Shown here one piece after another: positions 37,498-50,732 of a stretch of 64,000 bases of DNA. The notes under the pieces were generated by a model. It saw nothing but the letters and a program-made list of their open reading frames with translations, made no database searches and had not been told where the DNA came from. The stretch is taken from the NCBI GenBank assembly GCA_964016885.1, contig OZ024761.1:7440001-7504000 (forward strand). The letters are read 5' to 3'. This DNA comes from Eledone cirrhosa. Lineage: Eukaryota. How positions within the stretch are numbered: the first letter of the stretch is position 1; each line of letters starts with the position of its first letter. Both the position numbers and the translations under genes were made by a program.

Positions 37498-39589
37498 GCG
37501 TTAGGAAGGGCATCCAGCCATAGAAAGCAAGCCAGAAACAATTCTATATGAGTAAGACACGGCGGTTACCTGATACAAGGCTGTGCTCCAAATACTTTCA
37601 ACTAACTTCACTGGTTCACCAACCACTTTACAGAGTGTACTGGGTGAATTTCATCAGGGCACAAACATAAAAAAGATTTAAGTCCACACCACAACCAAAG
37701 GTTCCCTCCAACCTACACCAACCAATTTACAGAGAGTACACTTTTATTACCATCATAATACAGTAAAGAGAGAAGTGCGGGACTGCGTCCTAAATATATT
37801 TTTTTTATCCCGTTAGTAAAATAAGATTACTTTGAATAAATAATGAATATCACATAATTTTTGTACTAAATTTCGTAGCTGTTGGTTAAACATAAATATT
37901 CTTATATATAATGATTGTTTATTTTAAGATTTTCCAATGTCTACACGTCTGGTTTGCGCCCGTTATATCATAACACTTATTACATCGCTTATATAAATAT
38001 TTCTGCTAGTACTTCTAATGAAATATACTGTTTTAATTAATAAAGGATTTTGAAAGATTTACTAAAATTATTAATTAATTTATTACTAAGACTAACTTAA
38101 GATAGAGTTCTTATATAAAAATATGTCGGAATATTTAAATTTAAATACAAACCCTTTAAAATGAGTGGTTTTGTTTCATAGAACCAGGGCCAGTTTTCAG
38201 TGAATTAGAATAAAAAGGGTTAAAGAGATTATCAAGTCCTTGACAAAGTCTATTCTACACCACCACAACTCATTCTCCAACCACTTTACAGAATGTACTG
38301 GGTGCATTTTGTCATGGTGCCAGAGCAAAAGAGTTCCTTTTACCCTAAACTCCAACCACCTTGCTCAGGGTCTACCAGTCTCTTGCTGCTTGCTTTTACC
38401 AGTAAAATCTGTAGTGATTCTTTCCTGAGACATTCTAACCACATGACCATAGTACAAGAGCTGTGACCTCTCAATTCGTAGAAGTAACGGCTCTACCTGG
38501 AATGACTCTCTGATCTCCAAGATACACATTCGATTGAGTAACGTAACTCCAAACACCCTTTGGAGGAATCACATTTCGGGTGCTTGTATTCGTGATCATA
38601 TTATTTTGGTCATTACCCAACATTCATGAAATTAGTTGAAATATATTCTCTGTTATATTTGGGAAGGGTCATGTTATAACATTGCCAGAAATATATAATA
38701 AAAGACACTTCACTGTTTGGTTTTGTTATATATTTCTAGCAATATAACAACAACATATATAAGTCGATCGACTTTTGTCAAATCGGACCGAGGAAACAAT
38801 GTTTCCGTTGGTATTTCCAATTGCTAATACTATCTATCGGCCGCAACTCCAGGTAGAAGGAGCAACGTGAAATAAAGTGTCTTGCTCAAGGACATAACGC
38901 ATCGCCTGGTCCGAGAATCGAACTCTCAACCTCACGATTGCGAATCAAATTCTCTAACCACTCAGCCACGCGCCACCACAAATATAACAATATTTGTTTC
39001 AACACACGATTTCATATCAAAAACCTCGCAAAACAAATTCATCGGCGTCATTATATATATATATATATATATAAATTTCAAGTTATCAATAATGTAGTGA
39101 TAATATATCATCACGTTAGAGATGAACAAAAAATTCTTATTTAGATAAAATAAGCCATATACTCATTGTATTCTCATTAAAAACCTTTTATATACTTGTT
39201 TACCAGCAAATTGAATTGCCATCTGTCATATACTATCCCTTCTCTTCTTCCTTTCTTACAACTAATATAAATACTTTGATTTTTCTGACTTTTTCCAATT
39301 TATCCAATATCTCTGAAGAAGTGACAACTGATTATACATTTGCTATCGAATACTGGCTAACATTATATGATTACGCAAGCAGCGATATATAGATATTCCG
39401 TCTGTTACAGAAACATATGTCAATACCTAATAAATTCCTTTATAAAAGCACTTTCATTTTATATTCATTTTTTCTATATTTATATATATAATATATATAT
39501 AATTGACTGTGTTTTGCGAGAAATAATATGATGAAAGTGTTAAAATATTGAAAGCAAAAAAAGAGAGCTTTAGAGAATATGTTCCTTAC

Positions 39590-39707
39590 TTCAGGATGAA
39601 ACTGTTGCTCAGTTCTTGTGTGACAATAAGAACAATTATCTCCATTTTCACATTGTGCGGGATCACCCCAATCATCGCCATGTTTTACATTAGGACACGG
39701 TGTTGAC
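39590..39707 (-). CDS. unk: unkempt exon, CCCH finger: STPCPNVKHGDDWGDPAQCENGDNCSYCHTRTEQQFHPE
   Basis: tttcAG acceptor, GTAAGG donor; 118 nt, phase 2 to 0; hallmark HTRTEQQFHPE motif. Confidence 0.96.
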
Positions 39708-40117
39708 CTGAAATATATAACCATTTCCCCATCAGTTTATAATGCATCAATATATATATTTATATAAATTCAGTAGAAGTAGAAGCTTTCGCCGTATTTT
39801 TGACGTAGATGGGAGTCAAACCCATATTTTTGGTTATCCACACCACTGTGTTACCATTACACCAACACATCACCTGTAATGGTAGCACAGTGGTGTGGAT
39901 AACCAAAGATGTGGGTTCAACTCCCATCTTCGTCAATACTTACCCTTCCTTTTCCATTTTTAGAGGGTTTTAAACCCCACTATCAGGTTAAGATTTCTTT
40001 AGTCAAAAATACAGTGAAAGCTTCTATTTCTACCAAATTTCAAACTTCATTTGCTGTTTCAAAGCAAACTTACGTGATATATATATATATACAGACACAC
40101 ACACACACATATATATG

Positions 40118-40306
40118 ATTGGTAGAAAAGTTCATAGGCTGACTATGAAGGGGTGATGCTAGAGCTGTGAAATCTTGCAGTGTTAATTTCAACCTTATTA
40201 TTAATAACTTGTTTCTTTCCAGGGACTATGTTGAAAAATAAACCTCATTTGGTCATTACATGACAGCATCTTGGTTAACCTATGAACTTTACAGCTGACC
40301 TCCGTA
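40118..40306. mobile_element. mariner-like MITE relic
   Basis: aaagttcataggctgac ... gttaacctatgaacttt inverted ends in a TA context. Confidence 0.5.
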
Positions 40307-40611
40307 TATCTATGCTAAAAGTAAAGAGAAACAACAAGGCAAACAACACAGTACAATGAAGAAATATATTAGTTTGATGCCTGATATAGTAGGAAGAGAG
40401 TCTTAACGTTTCAGACACTAGTCCTTCATCAGAAGATAGAATAAAAGATGAAATAGAAAGAGAGTGGGAAGAGGAAGGAACATAAACATCTTTGGGGGTA
40501 GAAAATACCTGTGTGTTCAATCAGATGTATATATATTGATACACATAGGCAGTGTAGGGGATTGAAAATACAGCGGTGAAAGGGTTAAATATACACAGTG
40601 TGTGTGTAAGT

Positions 40612-40613
<2 letters not shown>

Positions 40614-40675
<62 letters not shown>

Positions 40676-40699
40676 GTGAGTGAGTGAGTGAGTGAGTGA

Positions 40700-40745
<46 letters not shown>

Positions 40746-42345
40746 AGTTAGGAAGAGAGAGTGTGTGTGTGTAAGTTATGTGGAGTGTGTAAGTTATGTA
40801 GAGTGTGTAAGTTATGTAGAGTGTGTAAGTTATGTAGAGTGTGTAAGTTATGTAGAGTGTGTAAGTTATGTAGAGTGTGTAAGTTATGTAGAGTGTGTAA
40901 GTTATGTAGAGTGTGTAAGTTATGTAGAGTGTGTAAGTTATGTAGAGTGTGTAAGTTATGTAGAGTGTGTAAGTTATGTAGATTGTGTAAGTTATGTAGA
41001 GTGTGTAAGTTATGTAGAGTGTGTAAGTTAGGTAGAGTGTGTGTTAGGTACAGTGTGTAAGTTATGTAGAGTGTGTAAGTTAGGTACAGTGTGTCTGTGT
41101 AAGTTAGGTACAGTGTGTCTGTGTAAGTTAGGTACAGTGTGTCTGTGTAAGTTAGGTACAGTGTGTCTGTGTAAGTTAGGTACAGTGTGTCTGTGTAAGT
41201 TAGGTACAGTGTGTCTGTGTAAGTTAGGTACAGTGTGTCTGTGTAAGTTAGGTACAGTGTGTCTGTGTAAGTTAGGTACAGTGTGTCTGTGTAAGTTAGG
41301 TACAGTGTGTCTGTGTAAGTTAGGTACAGTGTGTCTGTGTAAGTTAGGTACAGTGTGTCTGTGTAAGTTAGGTACAGTGTGTCTGTGTAAGGAAGGTACA
41401 GTGTGTCTGTGTAAGTTAGGTACAGTGTGTCTGTGTAAGTTAGGTACAGTGTGTCTGTGTAAGTTAGGTACAGTGTGTCTGTGTAAGTTAGGTACAGTGT
41501 GTCTGTGTAAGTTAGGTACAGTGTGTCTGTGTAAGTTAGGTACAGTGTGTCTGTGTAAGTTAGGTACAGTGTGTCTGTGTAAGTTAGGTACAGTGTGTCT
41601 GTGTAAGTTAGGTACAGTGTGTCTGTGTAAGTTAGGTACAGTGTGTCTGTGTAAGTTAGGTACAGTGTGTCTGTGTAAGTTAGGTACAGTGTGTCTGTGT
41701 AAGTTAGGTACAGTGTGTCTGTGTAAGTTAGGTACAGTGTGTCTGTGTAAGTTAGATACAGTGTGTCTGTGTAAGTTAGATACAGTGTGTCTGTGTAAGT
41801 TAGGTACAGTGTGTCTGTGTAAGTTAGGTACAGTGTGTCTGTGTAAGTTAGGTACAGTGTGTCTGTGTAAGTTAGGTACAGTGTGTCTGTGTAAGTTAGG
41901 TACAGTGTGTCTGTGTAAGTTAGGTACAGTGTGTCTGTGTAAGTTAGGTACAGTGTGTCTGTGTAAGTTAGGTACAGTGTGTCTGTGTAAATTAGGTACA
42001 GTGTGTCTGTGTAAGTTAGGTACAGTGTGTCTGTGTAAGTTAGGTACAGTGTGTCTGTGTAAGTTAGGTACAGTGTGTCTGTGTAAGTTAGGTACAGTGT
42101 GTCTGTGTAAGTTAGGTACAGTGTGTCTGTGTAAGTTAGGTACAGTGTGTCTGTGTAAGTTAGGTACAGTGTGTCTGTGTAAGTTAGGTACAGTGTGTCT
42201 GTGTAAGTTAGGTACAGTGTGTCTGTGTAAGTTAGGTACAGTGTGTCTGTGTAAGTTAGATACAGTGTGTCTGTGTAAGTTAGGTACAGTGTGTCTGTGT
42301 AAGTTAGGTACAGTGTGTCTGTGTAAGTTAGGTACCGTGTGTCTG
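40614..42345. repeat. compound array: (AG)n, (GAGT)n, (GT)n, 18-bp unit (~16x), 24-bp unit (~53x)
   Basis: 18-mer gtaagttatgtagagtgt and 24-mer gtaagttaggtacagtgtgtctgt, seen directly. Confidence 0.99.
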
Positions 42346-42411
42346 AAAGGTAAAAATGGAACGCATGAATGTTGAAACAGAAAAATTTGGTAGAAGTTAA
42401 AGAAAACCTAC

Positions 42412-42547
42412 CTGTATCGGAATTTTTTAGGACTTCTTCTTCTATCCCTAGAATTATGGAACTGAGGACAAGCATAGCCCTGTCGGCATAACCGAGGTGG
42501 CCGCTTACACTGTTCAGTTTTATAATTTGCTAAAACATATCCTGTGT
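42412..42547 (-). CDS. unk: unkempt exon, CCCH finger: DTGYVLANYKTEQCKRPPRLCRQGYACPQFHNSRDRRRSPKKFRYR
   Basis: Read by hand (this frame is absent from the ORF track). Polypyrimidine tract + cAG at 42549-42548; donor GTAGGT at 42411. 136 nt, phase 1 to 2. Confidence 0.96.
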
Positions 42548-44701
42548 CTGGAGTAGAGAAAAAAAAAAGGAAACCACATTATTAATCTCTCAACAATACA
42601 TTATATACACTAGCAGAAAAACCATCCTTCAGGTGGTTTTCTGCTAGCATGTGTAGTGTGTATATTGATATTATTAGTGTGTATATTGATATGTATATAT
42701 ACGCAAGTATATATGCATGTAGATATGATACATCAAATAAAATTGTAATTGACAATATACACAGAAATTGAACGACGACTGTGTTACACTGTCTTATGTA
42801 ATCAGTAACGTAATCCATGGTACATTAAAAAAAAAAGACGATATTATATATAAACTGCATTAGGAGAAAATTAGTGACAGAAATATATGAATATTTATTT
42901 AAGCGATCGCTAACCCGAAGTGTTGACATTTGAAAGTTTTAAAGAAGTGAATCTTTAAATAAGAAATAAAATATATTTCAGAACAGCTAGAGAATATATA
43001 TACACACACAATGTAAATTGGTCATGTAGGTGTCACAACAAAAAGCACCCAGTCCACTCTGTAAAGTGGTCGTGGAGGTATCACGACAAAAAGCACCCAG
43101 TACTCACTGTAAATGAGGTTGGCGTTAGGAAGAGCATAGCAAGGTAACTATAAATTAACAATAATAGAGTTCCCTAATAGGGGTAAGAAGTACCTAGAGA
43201 GTAATTAAGGAACCCCACAGATCTGAGATCAGCCTGATCACCAAGGGGACCATAAGTAAGTGATCCTCTCACCCCTTAACATCAATGGAGTAAAAAAATA
43301 TTAAGTATTAAATGCAAAACACGGCTTAACTCTTAACATTTTGTATTGATGGAGCAGAAAATATTTAAAAAAAAGTTTGTCAATTCAAATGTTTATAGAT
43401 TCTTTACTAGCAGAAGATTGTTGTGAAAATTTACAGTAAACTAAAGTAAAGGCGTTAATTTTTAATGCGATGTAGTCCTTAGATTGTTTTGTACTTTTCA
43501 AGAATGTCTTGCTAATGTGGTTTCATGAAGCACTGGATGTTAAGAGCTACTAAGATGCAGTCATAGTGTTTTGTACTTTTTAAGAATGTCTTGCTAATGT
43601 GGTTTCATGAAGCACAGGACATTAGAAGTTAATGTGATGCAGTCATAGTGTTGTTTTGTACTTTTTAAGAATGTCTTGCTAATGTGGTTTCATGAAGCAC
43701 TGGGTGTTAAGAGCTACTAAGATGCAGTCATAGTGTTGTTTTGTACTTTTTAAGAATGTCTTGCTAATGCAGTTTCATGTGGTAAAGGACATTAAAATGT
43801 TAAGATATTTTTAATGTTGATATAACTAGTTTTTTTAAATATTAGAAACCTTTAAAAGCCTAAACCTTACAACAGAAATTACTAAAGACTGCGAGGGCTG
43901 GTGCTATGCAGTGTTTTAAAAGACCTGTCCTGCAACATATGATCTGACCAACCCTCCCCAACAGTTGTCTACTCCCTCCCCCACTCACACATTCGCCAAA
44001 CAAAGAGTCAGGAGGACCCTTTAGTCATGTCAAGGACAACCTTCCTATTGTTGGTGATATACACAATAAACGCACCCAGTACACTCTGTAAAGGGTGGTG
44101 ATGGTGATAAGAAGGGCATCCAGCTGTAGAAAACATGCCAAATGGTTGGAAGTACTCTTCAGTTGTGTCAAGGACATGACAATCTCCCTAATATCAATGA
44201 TTTACACAATAAATGCACCCAGTACACCGTAACATGGTTGGTGATAGGAAGGGCATCCAACCATAGAAAACTTGCCAAACAAAGGGTTGAGAGGACTCTC
44301 CTGTGAGGTCTGTAGCCCCACTTCAGTACTTACTTGGTCAATATGGACCCGTCCAACCCTTTATGGAAAGCAGATGTTAAAACAATGATGATGATGATGA
44401 AGCCTTGCTGCGAGAAGAATGAAATGTAAACACACTTTGTTATCTCCTTTGTCTCCAACTTAATATAAATCTTCTTTAGTTTCTTTTTGCCCAATACAGC
44501 ACTGGGTGTCGTGTGTTTGATTCTGTAGTAATTCAGATTAACAGAGGTAAGCTGCTATCCTCATGCTTTAACCCAGAGGCCCCACCCACCCTCACGACCA
44601 TGCAATACCCTCAGCCCCACCCCTATCTATTTCCAGAGAGACCTGCCTACACATTAATTGTAAATAATGTATAATAAATATTTTTTTTATTTTACTATAT
44701 A

Positions 44702-44847
44702 CTAGCAGAATGGCCCGGCGTTGCTCGGGATTTACTCTAGGGTTCTTATATATTTTATATATATTTATCCTTATCGAGCCTCGTGAAATAAATACGTTTG
44801 TTTATATTTTGTTATTGTGTATGCAAAAATATCTGCACACGAATATA

Positions 44848-44900
<53 letters not shown>

Positions 44901-46117
44901 ATAACAGATTAAAGTTTAAGCAAAGAATCGCTACTTTCACCCTTAACAGGATCTTCAGATACTAAAAAAATCAATCTGTGAACGCAGAAGTAAATATTTC
45001 GAAAAACGTTTCATCATCATCATCGTTTAACGTCCATCTTCCACGCTTGCATGGGTTTGGACGGGAATTTTCCCACTTGAGGCAAGATTGGTCGACTTGC
45101 TCGTATAGGACTGTCTGGCGGGTTTTCTACGGCTGGATGCCCTTCCTAACACCAACCACATTTACAGTGTGGACTGGGAGGTTTTTACCGTGTTACCTAC
45201 ACGGCCACATTACAGCGTGGACTGTGTGTTTTTTTGTCGTGACACCTACACGACCTCATTTGTTTAGGACTGGATGTTGTGGTACCAACATAACTTTACA
45301 TCGAAAGGGGTGGTGTGGATGGGGTGGGGGTGTATTTTTTGTTAGAGGTGCCTACTGACTGTAGGTTTCGCTATGTACTTAGGCAAGGCGGGTCTTCTCT
45401 ATTACTGTGTAGCGCCAAAGATCTCGGTCCAGTGACATTGTCTTGGAGAGGTGTAAGTGTGTGAGGTCGGAATTTATCAAGTCGTCCCAGGTTTTTCTGG
45501 GTCTGTCTACTACATGGCTACCGTCTATCTTTATCGCCCTGCACTTTTTTTTATACAGCTATCGTCTTTCAAGCGCATCACGTGACCGTACCAACGTAGT
45601 CTTCTCTCGAGTAAACAGCATCTGATCCCTCTTATTCCTAATTTCTCCCTTAGTTCGTTTATGCTTTGCCGTTCATGTATATTACTATTACACACTATAC
45701 ACACACAGAGATAGTGTCATAATGTCGTAATGCAGACAGCCAGACATAGAATGCCCCTATAATATCTGTCTGAGTTCAAATCCTGCCGAGGTTAACTTTG
45801 CCTTTCATCCTTACGGGGTCGATAAAATAAAGTACCAGTAATACACTGGGTAATTGCTGGCCTTGTGTCAAAAGTAGAAACAATTATAAGGGCGCAACGT
45901 TATATCTATCTAAAAAGAAAGACTAAGAATTATAGAAAGAGATCACTAAATCGCCTAATGCGGTCCCTAGGGCATTGAAAATTTGAATTTTTTTTTTTTT
46001 TTGCTCAAAACACTCACAGGACCATAACTATTACATGTGTAAAGTTTAAAAACAATCGGTTGGGTAGTTCTCGAGTTTTAGGGAGCTGACAGACATTCCC
46101 TGTTTTAGATATATAGA
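44702..46117 (-). mobile_element. non-autonomous Helitron with nested insertions
   Basis: Minus strand begins A|TCTATATATCTAAAA and ends with hairpin CCCGAGCAACGCCGGG + ..CTAG|T: canonical 5'-TC, subterminal hairpin, CTAG-3' and AT target. Confidence 0.7.
45011..45692 (-). mobile_element. RTE LINE (family C) 3' end with full 3'UTR, nested in the Helitron
   Basis: 45357-45692 is the reverse complement of ~28290-28645 at high identity by eye; UTR ends in (GAT)n; a UTR-only copy lies at 58369-58752 (+). Confidence 0.9.
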
Positions 46118-46252
46118 TCATCAGCATCGTTTAATGTCCATCTTCCACGCTAGCATGGGTGGGACAGTTTAGTTCCACTTGAGGCAAGATTGATCGGGAG
46201 ACCGTGTGTCACTCGTACAGAATTGTTCCTGGCAGGTATATATATATATATA

Positions 46253-46709
46253 TCATCATCACCGTTTTTACGTCCGTTCTTCCACGCTAGCATGGGTTAG
46301 ACGGGTTGTCCTGTTGTGGGCAGTGTCTGGTCGGCTGACCATGCCTTGCTCATACAGGAACTGATCTGGCTTGATTTCTACAGCTGGATGTTTATATGCT
46401 TCAGCATGTACCCATGGGAGGTCGGGTACCCTGTATTACTGCGCGACGCCAGAAGTCACGGTCGTGTGTCATTGACTTTGAGAGGTGTAGTTGGGTAAGG
46501 TCGGCTTTTATCACCTCATCCCAAGTCATCTTGGGTCTCCCCACTCCGCGGTTTCCATCAACTTCTAGTGCTCTGCACCTTTCTATGCAGCTGACATCCT
46601 TCATACGCATCACATGTCCATACCAGCGTAACCGCCTCTCCTGCACGCAGCATTTGATTCCTCTTATGCTCAGTCTCTCTCTCAATTCCTTTATGCTTTG
46701 TCGTTCACG

Positions 46710-46715
<6 letters not shown>
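46253..46715 (-). mobile_element. RTE LINE (family A) 3' fragment, UTR internally deleted
   Basis: Near-identical to 55657-56265. Confidence 0.9.
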
Positions 46716-46740
<25 letters not shown>

Positions 46741-47120
46741 ATGTATCATTTGATATTTACATCCCCACTGCCCTCTTAGGCTCCAGCGCCCCACCTTCTC
46801 AGAAACGACAGCATGTAAATAAACTGAGAAGAGAGTTGGGTGTATGGGGAATCAGACGTAGAGCGCAGGTGATGCCAGTGGAAGGAAGCTGCACTAGAGG
46901 AAGACAGAAAAACCTGGATAGACATAGAGTTGATCTTAAAATGCACGAACCCCCACATTGAAGATGGAGAAATTCTATGAGTGGCAGCAGGCTGTGTTGG
47001 AATGAGCCAAACTACCACATGCAAGCATGGAAAAATAAATATTAAAATGATGATAGATATGGCTACATTTTAATTAGAAACAATAGATATAGATGTGAAA
47101 AGAATTTCATACATACATAT

Positions 47121-47473
47121 CATCATCATCATCATCATCATCATTTTACGTCCACTTTTCCCTGCTTGCAAGAGTGGGACAGGAACTGATTCTGGCTTGA
47201 TTTCTACAGCTGGATGCCCTTCCTAACACCAACCTCATTTACAGTGAGTGCTGGGTGCTTTTTTGCCGTGGCACCTCCACGACCACTTTACAGTGGAATG
47301 ATAGGGAACCCAGTCCCTATCATCTCATTTCTACAGCTGAGTAAACTGGAGCAATGTGAAATAAGAAATAAAGTATCTTGCTCAAGGAAACAACACATCA
47401 CCCGGTCTGAGAATTGAACTCACAACCTTTCGATTGCAAGGCCAATGCTCTGACCACTAAGCCATGTGCCTCC
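47121..47473 (-). mobile_element. chimeric SINE copy, full length
   Basis: Near-identical to 12401-12734; (GAT)n tail. Confidence 0.9.
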
Positions 47474-47885
47474 ATATATATCTATATCCAAAATTAAGAT
47501 AAATTAAATGAATTTAATCTAAATCAAATTTATGGGTGTCATGCCAGAAAGACATGCGCCATATCACCCGGAAAATAAGCTCTAAGATTCTAAGATTTTA
47601 TAATAACTAGAAATTGATTAACATATATATAAACATGAATAATCACAGGAGATAATTTTTACAAGTGTGTAACCACACATAGCTAGGTAGGTAACTAAAT
47701 AAAGTTGACTAGAACTTCAAAAATAGATACCTTATAATATGATTAATCTTCCCTGTATATATTCCATTAAAGAAATATATTTCACCAATTAATCAGATGG
47801 TAAACCACGGATGGCTGGAAATTTTCTTCCTTGTTGAAAATCCAAAATATCCACTTCCATGGTTTACCATACATATATATATATA

Positions 47886-48850
47886 GGGTAAAGACACCCT
47901 TCGGTGACGAAGGGCCATGGGATTTGGACCTAGGAAGTTCCCCTCTGAGGCACAACTCCAGCAAGGTTGTTTGTGAAAGACCAGAAGTCACCCATACATA
48001 CAAGTCTCTCCTCTTCATGCCACAGATGTTGTCCAACGGAAAGGCAATGACCGATACAGCTTGGCACCAGTGACGTCACAACATATACATACATTATATA
48101 CACACTATATAAACTATATATGATGTAGGCCAAGGAAAAGGCTAAGGCTGACACAGTTTGGCACCAGTGACGTCACAACATATACATACATTATATACAC
48201 TCTATATAAACTATATATGATGTAGGCCAAGGAAAAGGCTAAGGCTGACACAGCTTGGCACCAGTGACGTCACAACATATACATACATTATATACACACT
48301 ATATAAACTATATATGATGTAGGCCAAGGAAAAGGCTAAGGCTGACACAGTTTGGCACCAGTGACGTCACAACATATACATACATTATATACACACTATA
48401 TAAACTATATATGATGTAGGCCAAGGAAAAGGCTAAGGCTGACACAGTTTGGCACCAGTGACGTCACAACATATACATACATTATATACACACTATATAA
48501 ACTATATATGATGTAGGCCAAGGGAAAGGCTAAGGCTGACACAGCTTGGCACCAGTGACGTCACAACATATACATACATTATATACACACTATATAAACT
48601 ATATATGATGTAGGCCAAGGAAAAGGCTAAGGCTGACACAGCTTGGCACCAGTGACGTCACAACATATACATACATTATATACTCTATATAAACTATATA
48701 TGATGTAGGCCAAGGCTGACACAGCTTGGCATCAGTGACATCTAAACTCATTTCTACAGCCGAGTGAACTGGAGCAACGTGAAATAAAGTGTCTTGCTCA
48801 AGAACACAACCTCACAATTGTAAGTCAAACACTAACCACTAAGCCATGTG
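47886..48850 (-). mobile_element. SINE containing an internal 97-bp tandem expansion (7 copies, ~48053-48740)
   Basis: SINE head/core at 48745-48850 and tail at 47886-48060 flank the unit ttggcaccagtgacgtcacaacatatacatacattatatacacactatataaactatatatgatgtaggccaaggaaaaggctaaggctgacacagc. Confidence 0.88.
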
Positions 48851-48856
48851 CATTCC

Positions 48857-48898
<42 letters not shown>

Positions 48899-48995
48899 AA
48901 CACATATGTTAGGTGTGTAACAGTTACAGGCGGCACGCCAGTCAAAGCACTCAATGCTGTTACAAGGTCTGGCCCGCTTGGGCTGCATTCCAGAG

Positions 48996-49028
<33 letters not shown>

Positions 49029-49477
49029 ATGTATATACACACACACACATAAATACAATGGGAGATACATCAACTCAAAGTTAATTAGCAAGTGAGTTAA
49101 TTAGTTACTAACGATGTTAGTATTTTGTGTGTGAGTCTTGACACGTATGCCTCTACGTATGTATGTGTGTGTGGGTATATGTATGCATGTGTGAGTGTGT
49201 GTGTGTTTATTTCCGGCCAATTCAAGTATTTTAATTTAAGTACTTGAACTTGATCTGATTTTTACTGTGACAAGGAAGACAGCCTGAGTGAGAGAGACAA
49301 TAATTGATGCCTTGTTTTATCTATTAAACATTTAACGATAATTACACCCCCGTTTCAACACAATGACCCAATAAATAAGTGTACCACAGCACAATATCAA
49401 CACACGACAGGCATTTTAACATTTTGATACCAAACTGCCTGTAACTAGTCCCGTTTCTATGATATAAACTGTTTCTT

Positions 49478-49815
49478 TTAACCCTTTAGCATTTACACAT
49501 TACTCTATATGTACTATTGTATTTTCACAGTAAAGGCTTTACCTCACATAACATTTACACTACTCTATATTTACTATTGTATTTTCACAGTAAAGGCTTT
49601 ACCTCACATAACATTTACACTACTCTATATTTACTATTGTATTTTCACAGTAAAGGCTTTACCTCACATAATATCGAATCTATGAGATTCTGATATTATT
49701 TATTTGGAGAAAAATACCTTAATGTCAGTATGAGCAACCGGTTATGACCAGTTTGAACAGAAAGAGATGAGAGAATTCTGGCGGGATATGGCCAGTTTAA
49801 ATGCTAAAAGGTTAA
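49478..49815. mobile_element. piggyBac-like MITE (family 1) with an internal 60-bp triplication
   Basis: TTAA|CCCTTTAGCATTT ... AAATGCTAAAAGG|TTAA; three 60-bp copies at ~49490-49670. Confidence 0.75.
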
Positions 49816-50732
49816 AGTGTTTGTATGTGTGTGTGTATGGAACTATAAATCCTGGTAGAGTCTTAGTGAAACTGTAGGGACATACAGTGTCTTGGGTATT
49901 TTTAAAGCTGGCAGAGCCCATCACCTCCAGGTCTGAACACAACAGATTTCTTTCAGAGAAAGAGAAAGTGGGAAAGGGATATAGAGAAAGAACTAACCCC
50001 AGTACTGGAACGATTTTTTTTTTTTTTTTTTTTTTTACTGACCTCGAAAGGATGAAACGCAAACTTAAATTTGGTGGGATTTGAAACTAAAATATTGAAG
50101 GCTATACCAAAACACTGTTCTTATTTTTGGCATGTTCACAAAAGTGTTAGTTACAAAACTTGGCTAGATGTGGTTCCACCACAGCTGAACACATTGTTGC
50201 CCTTTCTCAAACTCTGCCAAGTCCAATGCTGTGCAGGGGTGTTCCAGCAGGGGGCATATTAGGTGCTGTGTAGTCTGTGGTTCGATGCCGCAGTCACACA
50301 CAACATCCCCATCCATTAAATATACCCATTATGCAAGATTGACTTTTACACGTAAAAAAAGCCCCTAGTCTGTTTAGGCATTTCCACACTGCATAGTTTG
50401 TATCTGCTCCAGGGGGCAGTGCCTTGCTCACCTTTAGCTCCATTGTTGTTACAGATGGGAAGCTGTTGAGTTTTTCTTCCCAGCGAGTACTGTAATATAT
50501 TTAGAAGCCAGGCCAAAAGTAGTTCTGTATGAGCAAGGCATGGTCACCTGACCTGGCATTTCTCACAATAGGACATCTTGTCTAACCCATGCTAGCATGG
50601 AAAAAGGGTTAAACGGAGATGATGGTGATTATATTTCATCCACCATCCTACATGATTTTAATAACGACAAAGTTATATTACTAAATCCTTCCAAATTCTT
50701 GATCAATTTTAAAACAATTTTAAAGTTATAAG

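Noticed and set aside
41072-42345. TTAGG in each 24-mer as interstitial telomeric repeat
   Set aside because: One pentamer per unit, not tandem (TTAGG)n or (TTAGGG)n.
40748-42475. 575-aa YTDTLYLT and 444-aa Cys-rich CKLGTVCL ORFs (metallothionein- or keratin-like)
   Set aside because: Artefacts of 18- and 24-bp tandem units; the 575-aa ORF overlaps the real exon in the wrong frame.
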